Assembly (NCBI GenBank): GCA_963810095.1
Contig: CAWEMM010000006.1
Span: forward strand, 768,001-832,000
Reading direction: 5' to 3'
Length of the DNA stretch: 64,000 nucleotides
From: an uncultured Chloroflexia bacterium
Lineage (GTDB): Bacteria; Chloroflexota; Anaerolineae; CG2-30-64-16
Positions 62,950 to 64,000 of this stretch are shown here, in pieces; the stretch's first letter is position 1, and every line of letters begins with the position of its first letter. Below the pieces are notes generated by a model. It worked only from the letters and a program-made list of their open reading frames with translations, was not told the origin of the DNA and made no database searches. Both the position numbers and the translations under genes were made by a program.

Positions 62950-62986
62950 CCGGCAAGCCCTTTGTGCCTTGGTGCCTTTGTGGTGA
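62911..62986. repeat. 8-nt periodic palindromic element (CACAAAG family), copy 2, overlapping the Mo-subunit stop
   Basis: ACACAAAG-TCACAAAG-ACAC ... CTTTGTGC-CTTGGTGC-CTTTGTGG. Confidence 0.72.
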
Positions 62987-63022
62987 ACTCTCTCCCGCAT
63001 TCACACATCTCAGGAGGAGCAC

Positions 63023-64000
63023 ATGTCTAGGAAGTTTCTGTTCACCGTCCTCATGGCCATCGTCGTGCTGACCATGATCGCCGGCTGCGCGGCGCCCGCC
63101 GCGCAACCCGCCCCCGCAGCCGCAACCCAAGCCCCAGCCGCTGCGGCTGAACCGACCAAGGCCCCCGCCCCCGCGGCGGCCGCATTCAAGATGGGCCTGC
63201 TGAGCCCCGGCAGCGTCAACGACCAGGGCTGGAACACGATGGCCTTCAATGCGCTGAAGCGGGTCGAGAAGGACCTGGGCGCCGAGGTCTCCTATGTCGA
63301 GCTAAAGCAGGACCCGGCTTCGTATGAGAAGGCCTTCCGTGACTTCGCCGCGCAGGGCTACCAACTGATCCTCGGCCACGGCAACGAGTTCGAGGACGCG
63401 GCGAAGGCGACCGCGAAGGACTATCCCAACGTGCAGTTCTTCATCTCGTCCAGCCGCCTTAAGGAGCCGACGGTTACCGGCCTGAACACCAACTCGGACG
63501 AGCCGCTCTACCTGATGGGCGTCATGGCCGCGAAGATGTGCAAGGCCGCCGGGTTCGTGGGCGGCATGGAAATCCCGCCCATCTCCGAAGCCATGATCGG
63601 CTTCGTGAATGGCGCGAAGAGCGTCGACCCCAACTTCAAGGTCTACACCACCTTCATCGGCAACTTCCAGGATGCTGCGGCAGCCAAGGAAGCGGCGCTT
63701 AGCATGATCGCCCAGGGCGCAGACTGCCTCGTTCCCGATGCGGATGCCGCAGGCCAGGGTGTGTTCCAGGCTGTCGTCGAGAAGAAGGACCAGGGCGCTA
63801 AGACCTTCGGCGTCTTCATGCCGGCCACCGAGGCCGCGCCCGGCCAGGTGCTCGCCAACTACGTGTCCGACTACGGCCAGGGTGTCGTCAACCTGGCAAA
63901 GCAGGTCAAGGAAGGCACGTTTAAGGGCGGCGAAAACCACACGTTCGGCGTTGCGATGCCCGACGTTATGAAGTTCGAGTACGACGCGACTTCGACGACC
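63023..64000 (+). CDS. BMP/PnrA family ABC substrate-binding lipoprotein (3'-truncated by window; absent from the ORF track)
   Basis: AGGAGG RBS, lipobox IAGC, PGSVNDQGWNT, ILGHGNEFED, GFVGGMEIP, MIAQGAD. Confidence 0.9.
   Translation, partial: MSRKFLFTVLMAIVVLTMIAGCAAPAAQPAPAAATQAPAAAAEPTKAPAPAAAAFKMGLLSPGSVNDQGWNTMAFNALKRVEKDLGAEVSYVELKQDPASYEKAFRDFAAQGYQLILGHGNEFEDAAKATAKDYPNVQFFISSSRLKEPTVTGLNTNSDEPLYLMGVMAAKMCKAAGFVGGMEIPPISEAMIGFVNGAKSVDPNFKVYTTFIGNFQDAAAAKEAALSMIAQGADCLVPDADAAGQGVFQAVVEKKDQGAKTFGVFMPATEAAPGQVLANYVSDYGQGVVNLAKQVKEGTFKGGENHTFGVAMPDVMKFEYDATSTT

Overview
High-GC bacterial chromosomal window. Gene content and style suggest Chloroflexota/Anaerolineae (inference): a T-box upstream of pheST, a class A PBP with C-terminal Ig-like domains, Pro/Ala-rich lipoproteins and many short palindromic intergenic repeats. 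Contents in order: envelope/housekeeping genes (PBP1A, surE, GT2); a B12 radical SAM locus; clpB; an orphan secreted peptide with four 20-aa repeats; ilvE; an ABC exporter with a divergent NarL-type two-component system; an aldehyde:ferredoxin oxidoreductase; T-box-pheST; a KimA-like K+ transporter; purH; an alpha-glucoside ABC/amylosucrase operon; zur-znuACB; and a GntR-controlled heterocycle-catabolism cluster (two paralogous amidohydrolases, UbiD, Mo-hydroxylase, BMP lipoprotein) running off the right edge. About 14 frameshifts in otherwise intact genes look like long-read assembly errors. Best novelty candidates: the multi-core secreted peptide (14880-15203), the catabolic cluster with a degenerate amidohydrolase partner (55153-64000), several families of periodic palindromic repeats, and a phased operator array at the clpB promoter. 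No tRNA, rRNA, CRISPR array or transposase was seen.
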